From: Clostridia bacterium
Lineage (GTDB): Bacteria > Bacillota > Clostridia > TANB77 > CAG-508
Assembly: GCA_017510825.1 (NCBI GenBank)
Contig: JAFWMA010000011.1
Location: 57,646-121,645 of the forward strand
Direction: 5' to 3'
DNA length: 64,000 nucleotides
This document shows, one piece after another, positions 47,603 to 58,364 of the stretch. Numbering within the stretch: the first letter of the stretch is position 1; every line of letters starts with the position of its first letter. The notes beneath the pieces were generated by a model that ran no database searches, had not been told where the DNA came from, and saw only the letters and a list, made by a program, of their open reading frames with translations. The position numbers and the translations under genes were made by a program.

Positions 47603-49255
47603 ATGAAAGTTTATTATCAAGGGAAAGAAGTTGGATTACATAGAGATGTAAAGAGAGTTATTGATATGTTTGGTGATAGTATTAGAATATCGCCAAAGCA
47701 TGTTATTGCTTGTAAGGCAAATAATGAAGTTAAAGATTTAAATTATATAATTAAAGAAGGTGATACCATTGAATTATTAGATGTTACAAACAAAGATGGT
47801 TTTAGAGTTTATTTAAGGGGCGCACTATATATTATGAGTATGGCTTTTAAACAACTTTATCCAAATGCTAAATTGATTATTAATTATCAGTTGTCTGGAG
47901 GAACTTTTTGCAATTGTGATAATTTAAAAATTACTGATGATGTAATCAAAAATCTTAAAAACAGAATAAAAGAAATTGTTTCAAAAGATTTAGAGATTGA
48001 AAAAGTTAACATGACAAAGAAAGAAGCAGAAGAGTTTTTTAAAAAAGAAAATGATGAGGATGATAGAGGAAAATTACAAATTTATAATCAAAATAAGGAT
48101 GTTGTTACTCTATATTTTTGTGAAGGATATTATAATTACTTTTTTGGTGCAATGCCTCTTAGAACTGGATATATTGATTTGATAGATGTTAATAAGCATG
48201 GAAATGGATTCATTGTTAGATATCCAGATTCTAATAAACCAACACATCTTGAAAAGTTTAGAGAAAGTAAAAAATTGTTGTCAACATTACAAGAATATGA
48301 AGATATTCATAGATTGATGAAAATAAGAACTGTTCAGGAATTAAATAGTTTCGTAGAAAAGGGGAATGGCAAAGATGTAATACTTACTGCAGAAGCTCTT
48401 CAAGAAAAGAAAATGGCTGAAATAGCAGATAAAATTAGTAGACACAAGAAAATAAAAATGGTTCTTATTGCTGGTCCTTCATCATCAAGTAAAACAACAT
48501 TTGCTAAAAGACTATGTATGCAATTAAGAGTAAATGGATTAAAGCCGGTAACTATTGGTACTGATGATTATTTTGTTGAAAGAAAAGATAATCCTATTGA
48601 TGAAAATGGCGAATATGATTTTGAAACAATTGATTCAATAGATTTAAAGTTATTTAATTCTCATTTAACTAAACTAATTAATGGAGAGAAAGTTGAAATA
48701 CCTAGATTTGATTTTAAAGTAGGAACTAAAAGATATGAAGAAAATAGATTTTTGCAATTAGAAGAAGATGATGTACTTGTTATTGAAGGAATCCATTGTT
48801 TAAATGATAAATTAACTTCAAAGATTCCTAAAGAGAAGAAATATAAAATTTATGTTAGTGATTTGACCGTGTTGAATTTTGATTATTATAATAGAATTTC
48901 AGCATCTGATACTAGATTAATTAGAAGAATAGTTAGGGATTATAATTATAGAGGATATTCTGCATTAGAGACGATTCAAAGATGGTCTTCTGTTTCAAGA
49001 GGCGAAAGAAAGAATATTTTTCCGTTTCAAGAGGAAGCAGATGTAATGTTTAATACTTCATTAGTTTATGAGTTAGCTATTTTGGCAAAACATGCGGTTC
49101 CATTGCTCAAAGAAATTGATAATACACACAAAGAATATGCAGAAGCTAAAAGAATAGTTAGCTTGTTGGAATATTTTAAGGAAATGGATGAATATGCTAT
49201 ACCAAATAATTCGTTATTAAGGGAATTTATTGGGGGAAGTGTTTTTGATTATTAA
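47603..49255 (+). CDS. Uridine/nucleoside kinase-family P-loop protein with an N-terminal TGS/ThrRS-like domain
   Basis: The ORF opens at 47546. AGGAGG RBS favours ATG 47603 (MKVYYQGKEV). P-loop IAGPSSSSKTTFAKRL and a uridine-kinase-like core (VLVIEGIHCLND). Confidence 0.7.
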   Translation: MKVYYQGKEVGLHRDVKRVIDMFGDSIRISPKHVIACKANNEVKDLNYIIKEGDTIELLDVTNKDGFRVYLRGALYIMSMAFKQLYPNAKLIINYQLSGGTFCNCDNLKITDDVIKNLKNRIKEIVSKDLEIEKVNMTKKEAEEFFKKENDEDDRGKLQIYNQNKDVVTLYFCEGYYNYFFGAMPLRTGYIDLIDVNKHGNGFIVRYPDSNKPTHLEKFRESKKLLSTLQEYEDIHRLMKIRTVQELNSFVEKGNGKDVILTAEALQEKKMAEIADKISRHKKIKMVLIAGPSSSSKTTFAKRLCMQLRVNGLKPVTIGTDDYFVERKDNPIDENGEYDFETIDSIDLKLFNSHLTKLINGEKVEIPRFDFKVGTKRYEENRFLQLEEDDVLVIEGIHCLNDKLTSKIPKEKKYKIYVSDLTVLNFDYYNRISASDTRLIRRIVRDYNYRGYSALETIQRWSSVSRGERKNIFPFQEEADVMFNTSLVYELAILAKHAVPLLKEIDNTHKEYAEAKRIVSLLEYFKEMDEYAIPNNSLLREFIGGSVFDY

Positions 49256-49357
49256 ATAGTCAATTATTCTTTTAAATAAAGAAGAAAAATAGTTACAAAG
49301 ATTAGAGTATGGTAATAGATTAGTACTATACTCTTTGCAAAAAAGAGGGGACTAGAA

Positions 49358-50785
49358 ATGGCAGAAGAGATTGAGTGGCGAGAGCTGGATAATTCGGCAA
49401 AAATATTTCCAATATCAGCAGGGAAAAAATATAGCACTGTTTTTAGATATTCAGCAGTATTAAAAAAAGAAGTTGATGCAAATATACTTGTTGAAGCAGT
49501 TGAGAAAAGCTTAGATAAATTTATATATTTTAGAATGAGACTTAGAAAAGGTATGTTTTGGCACTTTTTGGAGTACAATGAAAACCCAGCTATAATTGAA
49601 GAAGAATCAACATATCCATGTGAATATGTAAATCCAAAAGAATGTAATGATTATTTGTTTAGAATTTCATATTATAAAAACAAAATTAATGTAGACTATT
49701 ATCATGTTTTAACAGATGGTAATAGTGCGCTCGAATTATTTAAGGAAATAGTATATCAATACATAGAATTAAAGAATCCAAAGAAATTTGATAAAGAAAC
49801 TAGAGACAAAGATTTCTTGAAATATGACTTAAAAGCGACTGATGATTTTTTAAAAAACTATGATACAAATGTTAAATCAAATATGAATTCAGAAATTGCT
49901 TATGAAGTAAAAGGAGAAAGGCTTCCAATAGAAAAAATTGCAGTTATTCATGAATATATTGACTCAAATGAACTAAAAGCAGTTGCTAAAAAATATAATG
50001 CAACAATTACTCAATATTTATCTGCTGTATTGATTTATGCAATATATAAGTCAAATATGAATATTGAAAAATTCGATAATAATCCAATTAAGTTGTGTAT
50101 TCCTGTAAATTTAAGAAGATATTTTGAGTCAAAGACAATTTCTAATTTCTTTTCTTATTTTACAGTTGTAGCACACGTTAAAGATGATAGATTAGATACT
50201 TTTGAAAAAATATTGGATTTAGTAAAAAAGGAGTTTGAAACAAAACTTACTAAAGAAGAAATAATAAAAACAATGTCTTACAATGTAAAGATTGGAACTA
50301 ATAAGTTTATAAGGATTATTCCAATACATTTGAAAATGCTACTAGTAAGGATAGGATATTTTATTATTCGTAAATATACAACGATGACATTTTCTAATGT
50401 TGGTAGGTTTGGTGTAATTAAAGAATATCAAGAGTTTATTGATCATGTTTTATTTATGATTGCACCTGAACCAGTTGAAAAGATAAAAACATCTGCAATA
50501 TCATATAACAACATCACTGCACTTACATTTACTACAAATATTGTAAATACTGAAATTGAATATGAAGTCAAAAGAATTTTAGAGCAACATGGACTTAAAA
50601 TTGGAATTGAAAGTAACCATATTGTTGCTGCAAAAAAAGAAAACAAAATGCATTTATTAGAAACACCATATCCAGAAAAAATTGATAAGAAAAAATACTA
50701 TGTAAGATTAGAAAAAAGAGTTGAATTATATAAAAGAAAAAGGGAAAACTTTAGAGAAAAACTTAGAAAAAGATTTAAAATGTAA
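49358..50785 (+). CDS. Condensation-domain / alcohol acetyltransferase-like acyltransferase
   Basis: HxxxDG motif in context (YYHVLTDGNSA) about 120 aa from the N-terminus, as in CAT/NRPS-condensation/AATase-fold enzymes. Basic C-terminal tail. Confidence 0.5.
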   Translation: MAEEIEWRELDNSAKIFPISAGKKYSTVFRYSAVLKKEVDANILVEAVEKSLDKFIYFRMRLRKGMFWHFLEYNENPAIIEEESTYPCEYVNPKECNDYLFRISYYKNKINVDYYHVLTDGNSALELFKEIVYQYIELKNPKKFDKETRDKDFLKYDLKATDDFLKNYDTNVKSNMNSEIAYEVKGERLPIEKIAVIHEYIDSNELKAVAKKYNATITQYLSAVLIYAIYKSNMNIEKFDNNPIKLCIPVNLRRYFESKTISNFFSYFTVVAHVKDDRLDTFEKILDLVKKEFETKLTKEEIIKTMSYNVKIGTNKFIRIIPIHLKMLLVRIGYFIIRKYTTMTFSNVGRFGVIKEYQEFIDHVLFMIAPEPVEKIKTSAISYNNITALTFTTNIVNTEIEYEVKRILEQHGLKIGIESNHIVAAKKENKMHLLETPYPEKIDKKKYYVRLEKRVELYKRKRENFREKLRKRFKM

Positions 50786-50901
50786 TTTTGGGTCACCGGG
50801 GACGGAGCAATTGACCCACTTTTGGGTCACTGGGGACGGAGCAATTGACCCACTTTTGGGTCACCGGGGACAGAGCAAATGATCCAAGAAGATTGACCCA
50901 C
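50786..50901 (+). repeat. GC-rich 34-bp tandem hairpin repeat, locus 2 (3 units)
   Basis: Units TTTTGGGTCACYGGGGACGGAGCAATTGACCCAC at 50786-50819 and 50820-50853. The third unit (50854-50901) carries a 14-nt insertion. GGGTCA/TGACCC arms are complementary both within units and across unit junctions. Confidence 0.9.
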
Positions 50902-50997
50902 ATAATATTTCTATTTTATGAAAAGGTACTATTAAATCAGATGAAATAACAAACATTTCTTTAAAATGCAAGAAGAAAGGAATAAAGACTAAATAGT

Positions 50998-52173
50998 ATG
51001 AAAAAAGAATTTACTATAGGTGCAAAAATTGTACGAACTATGTATTACATAATTATTTACATATTTGCTATATTTATGTTAGGAAATATTTTTTATAAAA
51101 TACCTATATATGGAGATGTAGCAACAAGCTATTCTGGAAGTCTAATTCATGTTTGGATAATCGTTGCAACATTATTATTAATTATTTCACTAATTCGCTT
51201 TATAAAAATAAAGAATAAAATTAACATTATAAATTTAATAATTTCAATTTTTAGTGTATTAGTATGTTTTTTTATATTAACTAAAATAATGATTTCTTTT
51301 AATGAGCAGGGAGTGAATGTCAGCTTATTAAAATCATATTTTAAGGAAGATGTATCTAAAGTTCAAAAAGAAGTAACTAACTATGTTGATGGTGAAGGAA
51401 ATGAATTGCCAATAAACCTATACTATAGTGAAAGTAAAAACAATAAGCCAATTATAGTTTATACCCATGGAGGAGGATGGATAACTGGAAGCGAAAATGA
51501 CAATGAATATACATCTAAAGTTTTAGCTAAAAATGGATATGTTGTTGCAAGTATTGGGTATCAACTTTCAACTGAAGAAAAACATTTATGGGACAAAACA
51601 GAAAAACAAATTTTATATGGGATTAATAAAATCGCAACAGAATTAAACTCAGAAGAGATTTACACGATAGGAGATTCGGCTGGTGGAAATTTAGCTTTAG
51701 AAATATCATATAAAATAAATAATGGAATGTATGATGAAGTATATGAAGAAAAATTGCCTAGAGTAAAAGCTGTTAGTGTGAATTACCCTGTTACAAATCC
51801 AAAAGATTTTTATTATAATAATACTAATGTAATGTCTAGTGAATTATCAAAAACAATGGCTAGATGTTATACTGGAGGTTCTCCACAAGAATATCCTAAT
51901 AGATATGAAACAATTTCACCCGCAAATTATATTAGTAAAAATACACCGCCAACATCAATAATTGTTGGTGAAAATGATCCACTAGTTCCACCTTATTCTA
52001 CATATAACTTTGCAGATGGGCTTAATAAAAATGGGGTGAAAAGTAAATTAGTAAAGGTGCCATACTTTGGGCATGCTGGTGATATGTACAAAAATAATTT
52101 GTTTAATCAAGCCTATATAAACTTAACGCAAAAGTGGTTTAATGATAATAAGATGATGCAAATAGCACAGTAA
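50998..52173 (+). CDS. Membrane-anchored alpha/beta-hydrolase (esterase/lipase, HSL-like)
   Basis: Three N-terminal TM helices. Oxyanion motif YTHGGGW, nucleophile elbow GDSAGG, and a C-terminal His context (FGHAGD). Confidence 0.8.
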   Translation: MKKEFTIGAKIVRTMYYIIIYIFAIFMLGNIFYKIPIYGDVATSYSGSLIHVWIIVATLLLIISLIRFIKIKNKINIINLIISIFSVLVCFFILTKIMISFNEQGVNVSLLKSYFKEDVSKVQKEVTNYVDGEGNELPINLYYSESKNNKPIIVYTHGGGWITGSENDNEYTSKVLAKNGYVVASIGYQLSTEEKHLWDKTEKQILYGINKIATELNSEEIYTIGDSAGGNLALEISYKINNGMYDEVYEEKLPRVKAVSVNYPVTNPKDFYYNNTNVMSSELSKTMARCYTGGSPQEYPNRYETISPANYISKNTPPTSIIVGENDPLVPPYSTYNFADGLNKNGVKSKLVKVPYFGHAGDMYKNNLFNQAYINLTQKWFNDNKMMQIAQ

Positions 52174-52436
52174 TGCCAGCAATAACATTAGGAAGATATG
52201 ATTTTGATGTACAATGGGATTCAAGCACTAGTACGGTAAAAGGAACAGGAGTAGCAATATTAAAGCAAGATTCTGCAAATTGGTCAACTCCAACCACTTA
52301 CAATGGCAATAGCTACCCTTGCGTAGCTAGAGGAGGCTATTACGGCAATGATAACTATTTTACAGCTAGTCGAAGTAACGGTAGTAATACTAACAGCCGC
52401 AACGACCTTGGATTTCGCCCACTTTTGTATTTGTAA
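52173..52436 (+). pseudogene. Orphan C-terminal fragment of a pilin-like/FGE-like exported protein
   Basis: 87-aa ORF whose ATG overlaps the esterase stop codon, with no RBS. Ends ...CVARGGYYGNDNYFTASRSNG...NDLGFRPLLYL, the same ending as 35830, 39932 and 9570. About 43% G+C locally, against about 25% nearby. Confidence 0.55.
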
Positions 52437-52605
52437 ACCTGAAGGCTTAAGCCATAGCTCTTCGAAGCAAAGCGAGTTAGAAATATGGTTCACCTCGGAG
52501 CTAGCAATATGAAGAATTGTTGAGAAAGCGTAGAGGCAGCGATACATAAAAAATTTTTGCTAACGCACAGGCTCTTTTTTGTGCGTATCTTATTCCCAAG
52601 ACCAC

Positions 52606-52634
52606 TTGACTAGTTTATGTTAACATGATATAAT
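52606..52634 (+). promoter_or_regulatory. Consensus extended -10 promoter for 52673-53380
   Basis: TTGACT (52606-52611), 17 nt, TGaTATAAT (52626-52634). Confidence 0.6.
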
Positions 52635-52672
52635 TTGTCTATGTTTTGTAAATAATCGTAGAAGGGACTATC

Positions 52673-53380
52673 ATGGCGGAAATTTATAATTATATATTCC
52701 GGATTACAACAATTTTCGAGAAATGTGTAGAAAGGCTGAGTAGAAGGAACCAATTCTTTATACCATGCGATATTCTTCGCAAAGCGATAGACAAGGAAAT
52801 TACTGATTTTATTAAGAAATACATGAACAATGTAATTTCTGAAACTTGCAAGAAAGAACTAAATAATCTTGTTAGTTACTTTACGCAAGAAGGCTTTTCC
52901 TTTATGTCTCAGGTAGAAATTAGAAAATATCCTACTAGTTTTATTGAAGACATAGATGTTAAAATAAGCGATTTTCAATGGGAGAGAATTATAGAAATTG
53001 CTACTGAATATGGGTTTAAGGTATGTATGTGGGATGATATGGAAGTATTAGTAATGCCCACATTGGAAAGTGCTGAAACTCGTGACTTCCTTGACTTTTC
53101 TTTTAAATGTCGGAAGTCTATTGATGAGATAATTATGAAAGAAGGATCTATCTCATTTTACGGTGGTGAATTGTACACTAGGGAGCAAGAAGAAGGAAGT
53201 GAGTTTTTCCATAATAAGTTTATGATATCTAGTTATCAGACAAACTTAGACCCTGAGGTTGATAGAACTGAGTTTTACCTTGACCAGCTAACCTTTTGGG
53301 CTGACACACACAATAAGCAAGTCAAAAGAGAGATCGCTGCTGATGCGATAGTTACAGTAGAGATACTTGAAATTTGTTAA
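52673..53380 (+). CDS. Hypothetical cytoplasmic protein (orphan, island-borne)
   Basis: 235 aa, acidic, no TM and no recognisable motif. G+C-richer than the genome background. Strong promoter upstream and a hairpin terminator (about 53399-53438) downstream. Confidence 0.5.
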   Translation: MAEIYNYIFRITTIFEKCVERLSRRNQFFIPCDILRKAIDKEITDFIKKYMNNVISETCKKELNNLVSYFTQEGFSFMSQVEIRKYPTSFIEDIDVKISDFQWERIIEIATEYGFKVCMWDDMEVLVMPTLESAETRDFLDFSFKCRKSIDEIIMKEGSISFYGGELYTREQEEGSEFFHNKFMISSYQTNLDPEVDRTEFYLDQLTFWADTHNKQVKREIAADAIVTVEILEIC

Positions 53381-53446
53381 AATTGTAATTGTCCTATAAA
53401 AAGAGTGTATATGATTTTTTTTCATGTACACTCTTTTGAATGTTTT

Positions 53447-53675
53447 TGTTACAATTCATGGCCTAGTGTGATTATATATGTACCGTTTGCTCTTGTTGGT
53501 CGCGGGTACGAATGCAATTTGCCTAAATAGTAATTCGGGTTCCCCGTTCCGTCCCAAATTACTATTTGGCCGGCAAATTCATTCTAACTATAATCCGCTC
53601 CCATTCGCGCTACGCTTGGTTGCTACGCGAGCTACACTTTACATATATAATCACACTAAGCCGTGAATTGTAACA
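53447..53675. mobile_element. Complete MITE-like element with 35/36-bp terminal inverted repeats and a nested hairpin core
   Basis: Left TIR GTTACAATTCATGGCCTAGTGTGATTATATATGTA (53448-53482) against the reverse complement of 53640-53674: 33/35 identical. Inner stems GAATGCAATTTGCC/GGCAAATTCATTC and AAATAGTAATT/AATTACTATTT. The core is shared with 63732-63902. No transposase. Confidence 0.7.
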
Positions 53676-53782
53676 GATTTTAAATAAAAGGTAATAAAAT
53701 TTGCGTAATTAATAGAAAAAAAACAAATTATATGATAAAATAATAGTGAAATTAAAAATATATTAAATAAAAGGAGGTCTTT

Positions 53783-54577
53783 ATGAAAAAAAATATTAGG
53801 TATATTATTATTGGTGTAGTTATTGTAGCAGTTGTAATCGGAATTATTATTGTAGGTAATTCAAGTAAAAAGCAAGAAAATCAAGCTCAACAATCTGAAC
53901 AAACAGAACAAGTTGAACAGAAAGCTGAGCAGAAAATTGAACCATCAAAGGACTCATCTGATTTTGTTTTATTATCTGAAGCTATTCCAGATGCAATATT
54001 AGAAATACGTTATTATTCAACATACAATTTTGTAGGTGATAGAATTGATGGATATGAGGAACCTGTTGCTCTTATTACAAAAGAGGCTGCAACTGCTTTA
54101 AAAAAAGTAAGCGATGATGTGATGAAAAAAGGTTATAGACTAAAAATTTATGATGCTTATCGACCTCAAAAAGCTGTTACAAATTTCGTAAATTGGTCTA
54201 AAAACATTGGTGATACAAGAATGAAGAGTTATTTCTATCCAAATTTAGATAAATCTGTATTATTTGATCAAGGGTATATTAACGAAAAATCTGGACATAG
54301 CCGTGGAAGTACAGTTGATTTAACTTTGTTTGATATGAAAACTGAAAAAGAAGCTGATATGGGAGGAACTTTTGATTTTTTCGGAGAGGAATCACATCCT
54401 GATTATAAGAAAATTTCTGGGGAGCAATATGCAAATAGAATGCTTTTAAGAGATTCAATGATGGCACAGGGCTTTAAGCCTCTTGCGGAAGAATGGTGGC
54501 ATTTTACTTTAGAAAACGAACCATTTCCAGATACATATTTTGAATTTCCAGTTTCATCGAAATCTGTAAATAAATAG
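53783..54577 (+). CDS. ddpX: D-alanyl-D-alanine dipeptidase (VanX/DdpX, M15D), with an N-terminal membrane anchor
   Basis: YYSTYNFVG, YDAYRPQKAV, zinc ligands SGHSRGSTVDLTL and EWWHFTL. N-terminal TM IIIGVVIVAVVIGIIIVG. Confidence 0.85.
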   Translation: MKKNIRYIIIGVVIVAVVIGIIIVGNSSKKQENQAQQSEQTEQVEQKAEQKIEPSKDSSDFVLLSEAIPDAILEIRYYSTYNFVGDRIDGYEEPVALITKEAATALKKVSDDVMKKGYRLKIYDAYRPQKAVTNFVNWSKNIGDTRMKSYFYPNLDKSVLFDQGYINEKSGHSRGSTVDLTLFDMKTEKEADMGGTFDFFGEESHPDYKKISGEQYANRMLLRDSMMAQGFKPLAEEWWHFTLENEPFPDTYFEFPVSSKSVNK

Positions 54578-54599
54578 AAATTATTATAGGAAAGTAAAA

Positions 54600-54623
54600 G
54601 AGGCGACAGTGTTCGCCTCTTTT
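54600..54623 (+). terminator. Intrinsic terminator
   Basis: Stem GAGGCGA (54600-54606) / TCGCCTC (54613-54619), then TTTT. Confidence 0.75.
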
Positions 54624-54690
54624 AGGCAATTTGTGTAATTAGTGACAGGCACTTTTGGGACTTCTAAGCTTATATGTATATAGCACTTGT
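54624..54690. repeat. Degenerate or scrambled fragment of the MITE-like family
   Basis: CTTTTGGGACTTCTAAG (54652-54668) matches the TTTGGGACTTTTAG arm. AGCACTTGTTGGTT resembles the CTCTTGTTGGTC of the complete copy. Weak. Confidence 0.35.
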
Positions 54691-54803
54691 TGGTTTATTA
54701 GAAACATGAAAAGTTGGGTTGAAAATAATTATGTAAAATGGTATAATAATTAATGTTAGGATAATAATGAAAAGTTAGTTTAGCGAAAGGTATAATAATA
54801 AAA

Positions 54804-56413
<1,610 letters not shown>

Positions 56414-56445
56414 TTGAAAAATAATGCATAGACTACAAAAAACAC

Positions 56446-56475
56446 TTGACAAATAACGGAAAAATAAAGTATAAT
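56446..56475 (+). promoter_or_regulatory. Promoter of the rimP-nusA-infB operon
   Basis: TTGACA (56446-56451), 18 nt, TATAAT (56470-56475). Confidence 0.6.
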
Positions 56476-56498
56476 AGATGTGTACATAATGAGAGAGC

Positions 56499-56523
56499 AA
56501 GAGTGGAAGCCAATTCCACTCTT
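56499..56523 (+). promoter_or_regulatory. Leader hairpin (possible attenuator) in the nusA operon leader
   Basis: AAGAGTGGAA (56499-56508) / TTCCACTCTT (56514-56523), followed by TACTTGT. Lies between the promoter and the rimP start. Confidence 0.35.
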
Positions 56524-56558
56524 TACTTGTATGAAAAAATAAATGAAAGGATACTTAT

Positions 56559-57023
56559 ATGACAAGTACTGAAAAGAAAATATCAGATTGTGTTAAGCCA
56601 ATTATTGAAGAATTAGGATATTTACTTTATGATGTGATTTATGAAAAAGAAGGTACACAGAATTATCTAAGGATATTTATTGACAAAACTGGTGGAATAA
56701 GCATAAATGATTGTGAAACAGTCAATAATTCTATAACAGATATATTAGATGAAAAAGATTTTATAAAAAGTGCGTATATGCTTGAAGTTTCTTCACCTGG
56801 GATAGAAAGAAGAATAAGAACAAGTGAACATTTACAACAAAACATTGGAAATAAAATAAAGGTAAATACATACAAAAATTTGGATGAATTAAAAATTAAA
56901 GAAGTATTTGGAAATTTAAAATCTTATAGTACTGAAAATATTGTCGTTGAAATAGATGATAAAAAAGAAGTTGAAATTGAAATGGCAAATATTTCGAAAA
57001 TAACAACTGTTTTTGATTGGTAA
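56559..57023 (+). CDS. rimP: Ribosome maturation factor RimP
   Basis: 154 aa. LRIFIDK..GISINDCETVNNSITDILD and LEVSSPGIERRI motifs. Immediately upstream of nusA. Confidence 0.9.
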   Translation: MTSTEKKISDCVKPIIEELGYLLYDVIYEKEGTQNYLRIFIDKTGGISINDCETVNNSITDILDEKDFIKSAYMLEVSSPGIERRIRTSEHLQQNIGNKIKVNTYKNLDELKIKEVFGNLKSYSTENIVVEIDDKKEVEIEMANISKITTVFDW

Positions 57024-57059
57024 AATCAATCTAAGCATAAAGAAAGGAATGATTGGAAA

Positions 57060-58238
57060 ATGAAGAGAAGAGTAGGAAGAGTTGAAAAAAGAGGAATTGA
57101 TACGATAGAACTAATGGAAGCGATGGATGAATTAGAAAAAAGTCAAGGAATAAAAAAAGATGTTTTGATGGAGTCTATTGAACAAGCTTTGGTTATTGCA
57201 TATAAAAGAAATTTTGAATGTTCAGATGAAAACATTAAGGTTGTACTTGATAAAACTGACGGACAGATGCATGTGTATCAAGAAAAAGAAATTGTTGAAG
57301 AGTTAGAAAATGATAAAAAAGAAATGTTACTTGATGATGCAAAAAAAATAAATAAAAATTACCAATTAGGAGATATTGTTCAAATAGAACTTATGCCAAA
57401 GGAATTTGGTAGAATTGCAGCTCAAACAGCAAAGCAAATTATTACTCAAAAAATTAGAGAAGCTTCAAGAGATATAATTTTTACTGAATTTGCTGGAAAA
57501 AAAGGTGAAATAGTTACTGGATTAGTGCAAAAAGCTGATGGTAGAGTAGTTATAATGGATTTAGGAAAAATCGAGGGTATTATGCCAAAAAAAGAACAAA
57601 TTTCTACAGAGCATTATAATGTAAATGATAAAATAAAGGCTTGCATAATTAGTGTTGAAAAAGGTGTTAAAGGCTCAACTCAAATTATTGTTTCAAGAGC
57701 AAGTATAGAATTTGTTAAAAAGCTTTTTGAAATTGAAATTCCTGAAATATATGAAGGCGTTATAGAAATAAAAAGTATATCTAGGGAAGCTGGATCTAGA
57801 AGCAAAGTTGCAGTATTTTCGCCTAATCCAAATATTGATCCAGTTGGATCTTGTGTTGGACAAAAAGGAATTCGTATTCAGAATATTATAAATGAATTAC
57901 ATGGTGAAAAGATTGATGTTATTGAGTGGAATGAAGATCCATCAATATTTATTTCTGTTGCTTTAGCACCAGCAAAAGTTTTAGCTGTAGATATAAAAGA
58001 AGATGAGAGATTTGCACAAGTTATTGTTCCAGATGACCAATTATCTTTAGCAATTGGAAAAGCTGGACAAAATGCAAAATTAGCTGCAAGATTAACAGAA
58101 TGGAAGATAGATATTAAGAGTGAATCGCAATTTAGAGAAATGCTAGAAAAAGGGCAATTAGATGGGGAAAATAAAGAAAGTAATGAAAATGATGATTTGA
58201 TTGAAGACATAGAAAATCAAGATGAAGTTGTTGAATAA
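57060..58238 (+). CDS. nusA: Transcription termination/antitermination factor NusA
   Basis: N-terminal EAMDELEKSQGIKKDVLMESIEQAL, an S1 domain, and two KH domains (GSCVGQKGIRIQNI; LAIGKAGQNAKLAARL). The true start may be an internal Met about 18-21 codons in. Confidence 0.93.
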   Translation: MKRRVGRVEKRGIDTIELMEAMDELEKSQGIKKDVLMESIEQALVIAYKRNFECSDENIKVVLDKTDGQMHVYQEKEIVEELENDKKEMLLDDAKKINKNYQLGDIVQIELMPKEFGRIAAQTAKQIITQKIREASRDIIFTEFAGKKGEIVTGLVQKADGRVVIMDLGKIEGIMPKKEQISTEHYNVNDKIKACIISVEKGVKGSTQIIVSRASIEFVKKLFEIEIPEIYEGVIEIKSISREAGSRSKVAVFSPNPNIDPVGSCVGQKGIRIQNIINELHGEKIDVIEWNEDPSIFISVALAPAKVLAVDIKEDERFAQVIVPDDQLSLAIGKAGQNAKLAARLTEWKIDIKSESQFREMLEKGQLDGENKESNENDDLIEDIENQDEVVE

Positions 58239-58364
58239 AAGATATTAGAATAAGATAAAAAAATAGGAATAAATATTATAATGTTAAAGGGGCAAGATTT
58301 TGAAAAAAAGTATAATTAAAAACAAAAAAGAATTTACAAATACATTGATTGTGGGGGTGATGTA

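Noticed and set aside
53536-53560. Shared GGGACGGA 8-mer between the MITE loop (reverse strand of 53536-53560) and the 34-bp tandem repeat units, hinting that the two repeat families are related
   Set aside because: The match is too short to distinguish from chance between two G+C-rich elements, and there is no extended alignment around it.
53478-53666. 62-aa ORF in the track (and 63727-63909, 60 aa) sharing LLVAGTNAI.LNSNS
   Set aside because: Both lie entirely inside copies of the MITE-like repeat and have no RBS. The shared peptide simply reflects nucleotide identity of the repeat core, and the frames break down outside the conserved stems.
58239-58364. Expected ylxR/L7Ae-like small genes between nusA and infB
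   Set aside because: The 126-bp gap has no ORF of a useful size. These genes are simply absent at this position.
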